A stretch of DNA of 61,454 nt, the filler included. It is 7 parts of 7 records of this genome, joined end to end, with 100 filler letters (N's around TTAATTAATTAA, not from the genome) between each part and the next. Parts side by side here need not be neighbours in the genome. Positions count along the whole stretch, not along the records: positions 37,877 to 44,417 come from SRR31156797_6144; positions 44,518 to 54,134 come from SRR31156797_6145; 5 more parts are not named here. One strand, 5' to 3'. Position numbers and translations under genes: made by a program. Shown one piece after another: positions 38,134 to 49,100 of this stretch (positions are counted from its first letter, which is position 1; each line of letters begins with the position of its first letter). The notes beneath the pieces were generated by a model. That model did no database searches. It was not told where the DNA came from and saw only the letters and a program-made list of their open reading frames with translations.

Positions 38134-39684
38134 ATGATAAGCCGTCTTGCTGCAAACCGTAAAGGTATTTTCTATATTCTCGGAATTCATTTAATAGTTA
38201 GAATGATAGTGGCTGCATGTACCAATTTTGGTATTGATGAGGTGTACTATGTTTCCTATGGCTTATATCCCGACTGGAGCTTTTTTGATCATCCTCCTAT
38301 GATCAGTGTATTGATGCGACTCACCACATTAGATATGCTTTTAATGGATGAGTTTTTTATTCGATTGGGATCTGTGATTCTGGGAAGTATAAATGTGTAT
38401 CTGATTTATAAAATGGGCTGCTTGCTCAAAAACAGGTATACCGGTATTATCAGTGCATTGCTAACGTGTGCTTCTATATATGCTTCTGTAATTACAGGTG
38501 TATTTATTTTGCCTGATACACCGCAGAGTTTCTTTTGGATATTGGCCTTGTACATCTTTATAAAATACATTCAATCCGATTCAGATAAGTATTTGTATTA
38601 TTTTGGAGTGGCAGTTGGTTTTGCCATGTTGAGTAAATATCATGGCGTGTTCCTATGGGGAGGAGCCGGATTGTATTTTTTAACCTACAAATACAAGAAG
38701 CTATTTAGCAGTTCATTTATCCTGTCTGTAGTTATTTCTTTATTGATCTTTTCTCCGGTAGTCATTTGGAATTATTTCAATGATTTATCCAGTTTAAACT
38801 TTCATAGCGATAGAGTTGGTAGTGGATCTATCTTGCCTAACTTTAAAAACTTCTTTCCTGAATTCTTTGGACAGATATTTTATAACAATCCTTTCAATGT
38901 CGTATTCATCGTCGTAAGTATTGTTTACTTCTGGAGAAATAGAGATTGGGCTATCTCCAAGCCATTGGCTTTTTTAATCTATACCGGGGTGCCTTTATCT
39001 CTGTTGGTTTTGGGTATGTCAATGTATAACGGAACATTGCCGCACTGGAGCGGACCGGGATACTTTGGGCTTATTCTGGTAGCCGGAGTTTATGGCTCAT
39101 CTTACCTGAAAGAAAAGTCATCTAAAGCCTTAAACAGATATATATGGGGCGGTCAAATTTTATTAGGCGTTTTGTTGTTGGTGGCCATGATTCAGGTTCA
39201 CACGGGTATTATTCCAATGGTAAATGAAAAGAATCCTACTAAACTGGGCAAAAATGATCCTACACTTGATTTATATGCCTGGGATAAAGTTGGGGAATTA
39301 ATTGATCAATCTCTTTCGGAAGAAGTTGCAAAAGGTACTTTGCAGGATGATTTTGTGGTGATGACACATAAATGGTTTCCTGCAGGACATTTAGATTATT
39401 ATTACGCTTTACCTCACCAAAAGCAACTGTTGGTTTGGGGCGATATAAAAGCACAGCATATTTACAAACGCACAAATGTCATCAGAGGAGGAATTCAAGT
39501 TGGTCAGGATGCCTGCTTTATTACAACTTCATTGTACTATAGAGAACCTAAGGCTGAATTAACGACTCATTTTGAAGAAGTAGATAAAGAGCCAACTGTG
39601 CTGACTGTGCAACGTGGAGGTAAAGATGTGATGTATGTTTTTATATGGAAGATGCATCAATTAAAAAGTGAGTTAGATTTATAG
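38134..39684 (+). CDS. ArnT/PMT-like (GT-C) membrane glycosyltransferase
   Basis: DEVYY, FDHPPM, LPDTP and AMLSKY motifs; many TM helices. Confidence 0.88.
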   Translation: MISRLAANRKGIFYILGIHLIVRMIVAACTNFGIDEVYYVSYGLYPDWSFFDHPPMISVLMRLTTLDMLLMDEFFIRLGSVILGSINVYLIYKMGCLLKNRYTGIISALLTCASIYASVITGVFILPDTPQSFFWILALYIFIKYIQSDSDKYLYYFGVAVGFAMLSKYHGVFLWGGAGLYFLTYKYKKLFSSSFILSVVISLLIFSPVVIWNYFNDLSSLNFHSDRVGSGSILPNFKNFFPEFFGQIFYNNPFNVVFIVVSIVYFWRNRDWAISKPLAFLIYTGVPLSLLVLGMSMYNGTLPHWSGPGYFGLILVAGVYGSSYLKEKSSKALNRYIWGGQILLGVLLLVAMIQVHTGIIPMVNEKNPTKLGKNDPTLDLYAWDKVGELIDQSLSEEVAKGTLQDDFVVMTHKWFPAGHLDYYYALPHQKQLLVWGDIKAQHIYKRTNVIRGGIQVGQDACFITTSLYYREPKAELTTHFEEVDKEPTVLTVQRGGKDVMYVFIWKMHQLKSELDL

Positions 39685-39688
39685 TTTT

Positions 39689-42058
39689 ATGCGCTTTTTT
39701 CTATTGCATAAGAAAAAGACCTTGTATGGACTCATCGTAGTCTTGCTATCCATACTATTCTATTTCTCCATTTCATTCCCACTATTTAAAGTAGATTATT
39801 CTACTGTTATTTATGCCAAAAGCAATCAATTGTTGGGTGCACATATTGCCAAGGATGGTCAATGGCGTTTCCCGCAAGGAGATTCTGTACCCTCTAAATT
39901 TACCACCTGTTTACTCTTGTTTGAAGATGAGCATTTTTTTCATCATCCAGGCGTCAATCCTTTTTCTCTGGCAAGAGCCTTAAAGCAAAATATTACGCAG
40001 GGCAAAGTAGTCAGTGGAGGTAGCACGATTACCATGCAGGTAATTCGTTTGGCAACCCAACGAAAGCGGAATGTCTGGAATAAATGCATCGAGACCATTC
40101 AGGCTTTGCGTTTGGAATGTTCTTTTTCGAAGCAGGAAATTCTGGAGTCCTATGCCACGCATGCACCTTTCGGTGGAAATGTGGTTGGATTGGAAGCGGC
40201 TTCGTGGCGTTACTTTCAGCGATCACCTTTTCAATTGTCGTGGGCAGAAAGTGCCATGCTGGCTGTTTTACCTAATGCACCAGGTCTGATTCACACCGGT
40301 AAAAACCGCAACTTGCTTCGCGAAAAAAGAAATCGTTTACTGAACAAACTCTTTAAACAAGGTTATCTGGATGAGATGGATTATCAGCTGGCTTTGGATG
40401 AAGAGATTCCAAACCATCCTTACGCTTTACCACAGGAGGCACCTCATTTGCTCGACTATTGCCGAAAAATGCAGGAGGGGAAAATTTATCATCTCAACCT
40501 GGATTACACTTTACAGCAAAGAGTAATCAAAACGGTAGAATTACATCATCAAAAATTAAGGCTTAACAAGGTGCATAATGCCGGAGCTATTGTATTAGAT
40601 GTTAAAACCGGGAACATACTGGCATATTGCGGCAATACCGAAGCAGAGGCGGGGCAGGTGCACCAAAATCATGTGGATGTGGTTCAGGCTCCGAGGAGTA
40701 CAGGAAGTATTCTAAAGCCATTTTTGTATGCTGCTGCTTTACAGGATGGATTATTATTACCGCATATGCTTATTCCGGATATTCCGACCTACTATAAAAA
40801 TTTTGCCCCTAAAAATTATAATCGGACATACTCAGGAGCCATGCCCGCACACGAAGCATTGAGCCGTTCTTTAAATGTTCCTGCCGTGAAATTATTGGAA
40901 GAATATGATGTAGCCAGATTTTGCGATGTTTTGCAGGAAAGCGGTTTAACTACCATTAAAAATGATCCGGAGTATTATGGTTTGTCCCTGATTTTAGGAG
41001 GTGCTGAAGCTAATTTGTTTGAACTTAGTGGGGCTTATGCTTCTATGGCCAGAACATTGCAGGATTATAACACCCATAGCAGTCAATATTACAGTCGGGC
41101 TTTTCAGCAGCCTTTGCTATTTGCTGATCAGGAACTCAACCAGGGAAATCTGAGCGAATTTTATTCCATATATAGTGCCGGTGCTATCTACTATACTTTC
41201 GATGCGTTAACCGGCGTTTCTCGCCCGGAAGAAGAAGCTGGATGGGAGATGTTTTCATCGAGCAGGAAGATAGCGTGGAAAACTGGAACCAGTTTTGGTT
41301 ATCGCGATGCCTGGGCTATCGGCATTACGCCTGAATATGTAGTTGGCGTTTGGGTGGGTAATGCAACAGGAGAGGGGCGTCCGGGAATTGTAGGCGGAAG
41401 CGCTGCCGGGCCGCTGATGTTTGATATCTTTCGTCATCTGCCGCACACATCGTGGTTTCAAATGCCATACGACGATATGATTAAAGCTGCAGTTTGTAAG
41501 CAGTCCGGATATAAAGCCGGTCCTTATTGTAAAACGGACTCCATGTATATTCCTCGGCAGGGAAACAATGGTGAATTATGTCCCTATCATCAGTTAATTC
41601 ATTTGGATGCCAGCGGCCAATATCGTGTAAATTCGGATTGTTACCCGGTCTCGCAAATGCAACATCAGCATTGGTTTAATCTGCCTCCGGTTATGGAATG
41701 GTATTATCGTCGCCATCATCCTTTGTATAAAAAGATTCCGTCATTGCATCCTGATTGTGAAGGCCAAAAGATTAAGATGATGGAATTTATTTATCCTCAG
41801 CATACCCAGGATATTTATTTACCGGTTGGATTAGATGGAACTACGCAAGAAGTGGTGTTGAAAGTGGCGCACCGTCAGTCATCGGCTACCATTTACTGGC
41901 ATTTGGATGATCATTATCTGGGCGAAACCACTTTTACGCATCAAATGGCCATTCAGCCTTCCGTTGGTAAACACAAAATTACCTTGATGGACAACAATGG
42001 AAATGCGATTTATAAATGGATTAATTGTATTGGACGAGGGGATGGCAGTATTCAGTGA
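39689..42058 (+). CDS. pbpC: Penicillin-binding protein 1C
   Basis: EDEHF and GGSTITMQ (GT51); SILK, SLN and KTG (transpeptidase); C-terminal BiPBP-like domain. Confidence 0.93.
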   Translation: MRFFLLHKKKTLYGLIVVLLSILFYFSISFPLFKVDYSTVIYAKSNQLLGAHIAKDGQWRFPQGDSVPSKFTTCLLLFEDEHFFHHPGVNPFSLARALKQNITQGKVVSGGSTITMQVIRLATQRKRNVWNKCIETIQALRLECSFSKQEILESYATHAPFGGNVVGLEAASWRYFQRSPFQLSWAESAMLAVLPNAPGLIHTGKNRNLLREKRNRLLNKLFKQGYLDEMDYQLALDEEIPNHPYALPQEAPHLLDYCRKMQEGKIYHLNLDYTLQQRVIKTVELHHQKLRLNKVHNAGAIVLDVKTGNILAYCGNTEAEAGQVHQNHVDVVQAPRSTGSILKPFLYAAALQDGLLLPHMLIPDIPTYYKNFAPKNYNRTYSGAMPAHEALSRSLNVPAVKLLEEYDVARFCDVLQESGLTTIKNDPEYYGLSLILGGAEANLFELSGAYASMARTLQDYNTHSSQYYSRAFQQPLLFADQELNQGNLSEFYSIYSAGAIYYTFDALTGVSRPEEEAGWEMFSSSRKIAWKTGTSFGYRDAWAIGITPEYVVGVWVGNATGEGRPGIVGGSAAGPLMFDIFRHLPHTSWFQMPYDDMIKAAVCKQSGYKAGPYCKTDSMYIPRQGNNGELCPYHQLIHLDASGQYRVNSDCYPVSQMQHQHWFNLPPVMEWYYRRHHPLYKKIPSLHPDCEGQKIKMMEFIYPQHTQDIYLPVGLDGTTQEVVLKVAHRQSSATIYWHLDDHYLGETTFTHQMAIQPSVGKHKITLMDNNGNAIYKWINCIGRGDGSIQ

Positions 42059-42157
42059 ACAGTGATCAGTCGACAGTTAACAGTTAACAGTAGGCAGTCA
42101 TCAGTCATTAGTAAACAGGGATCAGTTAACAGTAAGCAGTCTGCAGTCAATAGTTTA
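42046..42157 (+). repeat. Degenerate 7-bp tandem repeat (CAGTNNN)x16
   Basis: cagtatt cagtgaa cagtgat cagtcga cagttaa cagttaa cagtagg cagtcat cagtcat tagtaaa cagggat cagttaa cagtaag cagtctg cagtcaa tagttta. Confidence 0.9.
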
Positions 42158-42355
42158 GGCAAAGCTTTTTTATACATAATATTCTTGCCGATATATTACC
42201 GGCTTTTGCCTAAGAGGATTATATTTGTTTTTCTTAATTCAATAGATCTTTAGGTGAACTTATTGTTTTAAGTACCATGTAAATAAACCTAAGGTCTTTT
42301 ATCTAAAATCTAAGGATCTAATATTATCATCATCTTAACTCAATTCATATAAACT

Positions 42356-43075
42356 ATGCTTCTTTATACAGAAAACCGATATGAGGGTGTAACTATTGAT
42401 GCTGCATCATTACCTGCGTCCACCGAAAAGTTTAAAGAAGATATTTCGGAGCTTATGGCCAAGTTTAGCCATAAACAATTGCTTTGGGCTAATATTCCTA
42501 TCGAGAAATCGGAATTTGTTCCAGTTTTGACTCAATTGGGTTTTGAGTTTCATCATTGCGATGAAAGAAATCTGATGTTGGTGAAACAATTAACCCCCGG
42601 GGCTTATATTCCTACTACAAAAAACTACATTGTTGGTGTAGGTGCTGTAGTGATGCACCAGGGAAAGCTGCTTGTTATAAAAGATAGGTTTAATGCGGGT
42701 TACAAACTGCCCGGTGGACATATTGACAAGGGTGAATCCATTAAAGAGGCACTTAAACGAGAGGTGCTGGAGGAAACCGGGGTTCACATTGACTTTGAGT
42801 CTATCGTTAATTTAGGGCATTTTAAAAACGGACAATTCGGTGAATCGAACTTGTATATTGTCTGTACAGCCAAAGCCCTTAGCACAGCAATAAATATTGC
42901 CGATTCTATAGAAATTGCAGAAGCGAAATGGATGGAACTGGAAGCTTTTTTACAAGATGAGGAAGTAAACAATTATAATAAGAGCGTTGTAAAAGCAGCC
43001 TATGGCAATAAGGAGTTAAAACTAACCGAACAACAAGTAAAATTGCGTGTAAGTAGTGGCGAGGTGTTTTATTGA
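42356..43075 (+). CDS. Nudix hydrolase (NUDT6-like, with N-terminal domain)
   Basis: Nudix box GGHIDKGESIKEALKREVLEETG. Confidence 0.92.
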   Translation: MLLYTENRYEGVTIDAASLPASTEKFKEDISELMAKFSHKQLLWANIPIEKSEFVPVLTQLGFEFHHCDERNLMLVKQLTPGAYIPTTKNYIVGVGAVVMHQGKLLVIKDRFNAGYKLPGGHIDKGESIKEALKREVLEETGVHIDFESIVNLGHFKNGQFGESNLYIVCTAKALSTAINIADSIEIAEAKWMELEAFLQDEEVNNYNKSVVKAAYGNKELKLTEQQVKLRVSSGEVFY

Positions 43076-43269
43076 ATGCTTATTGTAAGGATGAATATTA
43101 GATTTATCGGATGATTTTATAAAGTAAAATAGTGAATATGTTGTTTATTTGATTATTTAAAATGTAATTAATCGATTTAGTATCAAAATAAATAATTAAG
43201 AATATTTTGTATTGAGATAAAATAAGATTTTTTTTAAACAAAATATTAAACATTATTAACATTTATTTT

Positions 43270-43692
43270 ATGAAAAAAGTATTATTAAGTTTATTTATTG
43301 CTTTAACATCCTTACAAATTGGGTTTGCAGGAGATCCAGTTCCTGTTACTGAAGGTTATCCAAGTATGGAAGTTACCTTAAAGGTTGTTCCGGAGAGTAT
43401 TAATCCATGGGACGAATATACATTTGAATGGGTAGAAGTTAATGTAGGTAGTAGGTTAGAGACTGCTTATCTTCCAAACAACCAATATCTTGTATGTTTG
43501 CCTCCTGGGGAATATACAACTAGTGATGCCTTTAAATGTGCTTATGTTATTGATGCTAAGATTTATAAAAATGGTGTGTACATAGGAACAAAACGGTTTC
43601 AAGATAATTTGGCACCTAGTTCGACTGTAGCATTTATTAGTATAGAAACGGTTACTCACACAAAGATGTGGTATATACCAGAAAATTGGTAA
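43270..43692 (+). CDS. Secreted hypothetical protein
   Basis: Signal peptide; AT-rich upstream region. Confidence 0.7.
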   Translation: MKKVLLSLFIALTSLQIGFAGDPVPVTEGYPSMEVTLKVVPESINPWDEYTFEWVEVNVGSRLETAYLPNNQYLVCLPPGEYTTSDAFKCAYVIDAKIYKNGVYIGTKRFQDNLAPSSTVAFISIETVTHTKMWYIPENW

Positions 43693-43760
43693 AATTATAA
43701 TGCACCCCAGTAGGTACTGATCTATGATCCGAGAAATAGCCTTTTTACGGGAATAAAAAT

Positions 43761-43797
43761 AAAAAGAGCTGCAATTAAATAAGTTGCAGCTCTTTTT
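43761..43797. terminator. Bidirectional terminator
   Basis: AAAAAGAGCTGCAA...TTGCAGCTCTTTTT between convergent genes. Confidence 0.8.
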
Positions 43798-43803
43798 ATG
43801 CGT

Positions 43804-44229
43804 TTACAAATTGCTCTTTATTTTTTCTATCATATCGGCATACGCATCATCCGACAAATAGCTTTGTTGCGGATTCATTTCAAAAACACCACCAAACTTG
43901 TAGCCGTCTTTATACTTGGGCGCTATGTGCATATGAATGTGGGTTAAAGTATCGGAGTAGGCTCCGTAATTAATTTTGGTTGGATTAAATACCTTTTGTA
44001 AAGCCTTACCTACTTTGGCCACATCGCTCATAAAAGCATTGCGCTCTTCAGCGCTCAACTCATGAAATTCGATGCCATGATCTTTATACACCACATTGCA
44101 TCTGCCTGTATACGATTGCTCTTTAAACAGGAATAATTGCGATACTTCCAAATCGCAAATTTTAATCATCAATTCGTCAAGAATAGGAAGGTGTTGACAA
44201 TACAAACATTCTGATGCCGGACTAGCCAT
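43804..44229 (-). CDS. HIT-family protein
   Basis: CLYC and HIHMHI histidine triad. Confidence 0.9.
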   Translation of the reverse strand: MASPASECLYCQHLPILDELMIKICDLEVSQLFLFKEQSYTGRCNVVYKDHGIEFHELSAEERNAFMSDVAKVGKALQKVFNPTKINYGAYSDTLTHIHMHIAPKYKDGYKFGGVFEMNPQQSYLSDDAYADMIEKIKSNL

Positions 44230-44417
44230 TTTTTTTAAGTTTTAAAGGTTAACTATTAATAAAAATCAAGTATTAAAATGATGAACACAAAGGCACTGGG
44301 GCACAGCGTTTATAAAAGTATTTATTGTTGTTATTATTTTGATCCTATTCTTGTAGCCCATAGGAACAATTTTACTTTAAAAAAATATAATAACCTGAGT
44401 TCGATTAAAATTTCAGA

Positions 44418-44517
44418 NNNNNNNNNNNNNNNNNNNNNNNNNNNNNNNNNNNNNNNNNNNNTTAATTAATTAANNNNNNNNNNNNNNNNNNNNNNNNNNN
44501 NNNNNNNNNNNNNNNNN
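44418..44517. other. Artificial contig spacer
   Basis: N-run + TTAATTAATTAA + N-run. Confidence 0.98.
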
Positions 44518-44521
44518 AAAA

Positions 44522-46018
44522 ATGAAAAAAATGAAAGTTAAAATAATATTAGCTGGGCTTTTAGCCATCCTATTTATTTCCTGTCAAGAGTCATTTCTTG
44601 ATATTCCTTCCGAGGAATCTTTAACTACTACAGTATATTTCCAAACTGAAAATGATTTTCAGGCAGCTGTAAATGGAGTATATGCCACTATGCGCCAATG
44701 GTTCGGCTCAGGAGGTGACGTATCAACAACGCCTTTAATCCTTATTGGTGATATTCATTCTGATAATTCGCGTTATGCATTAAATCCTGATTACCGGGCA
44801 ACAGGAGCGGTGGAAACACCGGCTGATTTTGTTCCGGAAATAACATTATTCTCTGATTACTGGAATACTTTTTATGGCTGGATTTCCCGTTCCAATCAGG
44901 TAATTTATAACATCGACGATGCTGATATTGATGCTTCCGCCAAAGCAAATTTAAAAGGACAAGCACTATTCTTGAGAGCATATAGTTATTGGTGGCTGGT
45001 ACGTTTATACGGAGATGCAATTTTACACCTTGAACCTGTTTCAACTTTGGATGAAACAAGTAAAGCCTTATCTCCTGAAGCTGATGTTAAAGCACAAATA
45101 ATTTCTGATGCTACTGAAGCTGCTGGTCTATTATCAGGAAAAGCAGAACAGGAAGCAGGCAGAGTTACAAAAGGAACAGCATATATGTTATTAGCAGATT
45201 TGCACATGTTCTACAGCGAATGGGCAGCTGCCGAAACAGCATTGAAAAGTATTACAGGATATTCCTTAATGGATAATTATGCAGATGTGTTTGATCCTGC
45301 AAATAAAAACAACTCCGAATCTATTTTTGAAATCCAGTTTTCTTCCTCTTCCTCTGATTATGCCAGCTATTTTACTTATATGTATTTCCCTTATCCAACA
45401 TCTGCTGATGTTCTTGCACAATGGACGGGAATTAGTAATCCTCAGACCTTAACAAGAGGTGAAATGTATAACACTCCAACTCCTGAATTAATTTCGAAAT
45501 ATGAAGATGGAGACGAACGTTTTGATGCTTCTATTATGTACATTGATGATGCTAATGGCAAAAATTTTCCAATGTGTATCAAATATTTACACCCACATGC
45601 TTTGTATTGGCAATCGGATGATAATCTTCCAATTTATCGCTATTCCGAAACTCTTCTATATCTTGCTGAAGCTGCAAATGAACAAGGAAATACTGCAGAA
45701 GCACAAGGTTATTTAAATCAGGTTAGAGAAAGGGCTGGTTTAGCAAATACAACTGCATCTTCTCAAGCCGATCTGCGGGAAGCGATATTAAATGAAAGAC
45801 AAGTAGAATTTGCATTTGAAGGAAATCGCTGGTTTGATTTAGTACGTACCGGAAAAATGCAGGAAGTAATTTCTGCTTATGGAGCCAATGTAAAAGCTAA
45901 TCCTGAAGCATATTATTTCCAGGGTGGTTATCTTCCGGTAGCAACTGCTTTCACCGATACAAGAACTAAATTCGAATTACCGGATAGCGAAAAATTATAC
46001 AATCCGAACATCGATTAA
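44522..46018 (+). CDS. RagB/SusD-family lipoprotein
   Basis: Lipobox FISC; GQALFLRAY, ESIFEIQF, RYSETLLYLAEA and ERQVEFAFEGNRWFDLVR motifs. Confidence 0.95.
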   Translation: MKKMKVKIILAGLLAILFISCQESFLDIPSEESLTTTVYFQTENDFQAAVNGVYATMRQWFGSGGDVSTTPLILIGDIHSDNSRYALNPDYRATGAVETPADFVPEITLFSDYWNTFYGWISRSNQVIYNIDDADIDASAKANLKGQALFLRAYSYWWLVRLYGDAILHLEPVSTLDETSKALSPEADVKAQIISDATEAAGLLSGKAEQEAGRVTKGTAYMLLADLHMFYSEWAAAETALKSITGYSLMDNYADVFDPANKNNSESIFEIQFSSSSSDYASYFTYMYFPYPTSADVLAQWTGISNPQTLTRGEMYNTPTPELISKYEDGDERFDASIMYIDDANGKNFPMCIKYLHPHALYWQSDDNLPIYRYSETLLYLAEAANEQGNTAEAQGYLNQVRERAGLANTTASSQADLREAILNERQVEFAFEGNRWFDLVRTGKMQEVISAYGANVKANPEAYYFQGGYLPVATAFTDTRTKFELPDSEKLYNPNID

Positions 46019-46029
46019 ACTCGATTTAC

Positions 46030-46066
46030 AAAAAGAGGAAGGAGAAAATATTCCTTCCTCTTTTTT
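46030..46066 (+). terminator. Hairpin/terminator after susD
   Basis: AAAAAGAGGAAGGA...TTCCTTCCTCTTTTT. Confidence 0.75.
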
Positions 46067-46151
46067 CTTTAAACCATTTTAATTAATATCACTCTAAAAA
46101 ATTTAAAACGTATAGTAAATTCTAAAAATATTAACTAATTACCAGCCTAAA

Positions 46152-49100
46152 ATGAACCAGAAAATTTCCGGAAACAAAAAAATTAAGAAAAAAGCTTTTC
46201 AACTTTTTATTCTCCTGCTCTCAATAACTTCCCTAACAAATTGCACCAGTGATAAAAAAATAATCGATAACCTAACTGTTGAATATACTGCAACGCCATT
46301 GGGAATCGATGTTGAAAATCCAAGATTCGGATGGCAAATGCAAACACTTCCAAATGAACGTGGATATTATCAGACGGCTTATCAGATTGAAGTAAAAAAC
46401 AATTCCGGTGAAATAATCTGGGATTCAGAAAAAGTGAATAATAATACTTCCCTGGCTGTAAAATATGAAGGTACAAAGTTGCAGCCTTCAACAAAATATA
46501 ACTGGACAGTTACTGTCTGGGACCAAAACAACGAAGCACATGTTGCAAATTCGTGGTTCGAAACCGGACTAATGAATCCTTCACAATCGGCCTGGAGTGG
46601 AGCAGAATGGATTGGCGGTTCAGATGACGATTTGGTGTTTTATTCTCATTACCAACTGATTTTCAATATGAAGTATTCGGTTGCCATTGTTGAAGGAAGT
46701 ACAAAAGCTGCACTGGTTTATGGGGCAAACGATATCCGGCTAATGGATAAATACAAAAACATTTTCCAGGTTGAAAACAAAAAGGATGAAAGCTATATAA
46801 AACTGGAACTGGATGTTTCAAAAATCGACGGCTCATCAAATGGTTTGGCACAATTAAATGTTTATCGCGCAGGTTATACAAAAGACGATAATCCTGATAT
46901 TCCTTTAAAAAGTTTTGACATAAAATCATCGGTAATCAATTCGGGCAATAAATACAATAAACACAACATAGCGTTTAACAGCGCTTTCGGGCAAATAACA
47001 CTTTCTGTTGACGGACAGGATGATTTTTTTGTTCAGGAAGAAAGCAATAATCAGAACAATGATATGCCTGCTTTTATGAGGCGCAACCGCGGAGCATCAG
47101 TTAATCTGAATCCGGTTGGATCGGGTGGAAATTACATTCCGTTTGGTATGGTTTGCGATTTGGGTTTTTCAGCTGAACCAGGACAAAAAGCAATATTCTC
47201 GGATGTGGAAATTTTGAACGACCGCTTACCTAACAATACTCTTTTTAAAGAAGACTTATCGGGCGTTTACAATGGAATTTTTGCCGGAAAAGTTAATGTT
47301 TCAGAAAATGCTTATTTAGTTGATGGTGGTTCTGAAGGTATATTGGTTATAGCCGATCCAAGCAGAAATTCAACTCCTTTATTACGCACAGAATTTGAAA
47401 CAACGAAAAAAGTCGAAAATGCACGTTTATACGTTACAGCACGTGGTATTTATGAGATTTTCATTAATGGCGAAAGGGTTGGAAACGACTATTATAATCC
47501 GGGACAAACACAATACAATAAATCACACTTTTACCAAACCTACGATGTTACCTCTTTGGTTAAATCGGGAAATAATGCAATTGGTGCCATGATGTCCGAA
47601 GGATGGTGGAGTGGATTGCTAAGTTTTGGTTCCATATGGAATCATTTTGGCGATCGCCAGTCATTGCTTGCAAAAATGGATATTACTTATAGCGATGGTT
47701 CTAAAGAAACTATTACAACCGACAATAATTGGAAATATTACAATAATAGTCCGATTTTATACAGTAGCCTCGATTTAGGTGAAGTTTACGATGCTACCAA
47801 AGAGGATAAAATTGAAGGCTGGAAAAATGCAGAATTTGACGATTCAGACTGGCAAAACACTTCCGTTATTCCTTTAGAAGGAACAGCTTTCTCAGGAGTA
47901 GAACGAGAACGTGATGGGTCTGTTACTCAGTTCAATTACGACGATATGCAGTTAATAGGGCAAATTGGAAATAACGCCGGCGTTTTTGAAACATTAACCG
48001 CCCAAAGTATGGAGGAAGTTCGTCCGGGAGTTTATGTTTATAATATGGGGCAAAATTTTGTAGGTGTACCTAAAATCTCAATTTCAAACGGAATTGCCGG
48101 AGATACTCTTGTCCTCAGATTTGCTGAAATTCTTTATCCAGATTTGGAAGAATCGGGCGATAATGTTGGAATGATAATGACTGAAAATTACCGGGCTGCA
48201 CTTTGTCAGGATATTTATATAATGAAGAATGGTGCACAGGTTTTCCAACCTAAATTTACATCACGCGGTTACCAGATTATAGAAATTACAGGAATTGATG
48301 AGCCACTTCCACTGGAAGCAGTGCAGGGAGTAGCCATTAGCTCAGTTATTGATTTAACTGCCGAATATAATACCTCCAACCCACAAGTAAATCAGTTATG
48401 GTCGAACCTGGTTTGGTCGAATGTCGATAATTTCCTTACCATTCCAACCGATTGTCCGCAGCGTAACGAACGCATGGGATGGTCGGGCGATATTTCTGTT
48501 TTTTCCAGAACAGCAACTTATCTTTCCAACTCCGACCAATTCCTGAGAAGACACATGTTTGCCATGCGCGATGTACAAAAAGAAAGCGGAAAATTTACCG
48601 ATGTTGCACCAATTGGTGGTGGTTTCGGTGGCGTTCTGTGGGGAAGCGCTGGTATTACCGTCCCTTGGGAAACGTATCTGCAATTTAACGATGTTGCTTT
48701 ACTTGAAGAACATTACGATGCTATGGTGGCTTACATCGATTACCTGGAAACAACTTTAGACCCGGAAACAGGAATTACAAGCGATGGTCAACTGGGCGAC
48801 TGGCTGGGACCACAAAATAATAAACTGGGAACTCCTTTCCTTACAACTGCTTACCATGTCTTCGATCTGGAAATTATGAAAAACGTTGCAAGCATATTGG
48901 AGAAAAGTGAAGATGCAGCCCGATTTGAAAAAATGTATAAAGAGAGAAAAGATTTCTTTAATAATACATTTGTAAATGAAGATGGAAAAACATTAGGATT
49001 AGTTGGGGGAGCGCGTGGATTTGGCCCTGTCGGCCCGGCTCAGCCCGAATTCAGATTAGCCGACACACAAACTTCTTATGCTGTTGGACTTGCTCTTAAT

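Noticed and set aside
42062-42253. 63-aa ORF
   Set aside because: Translation of the heptamer repeat tract.
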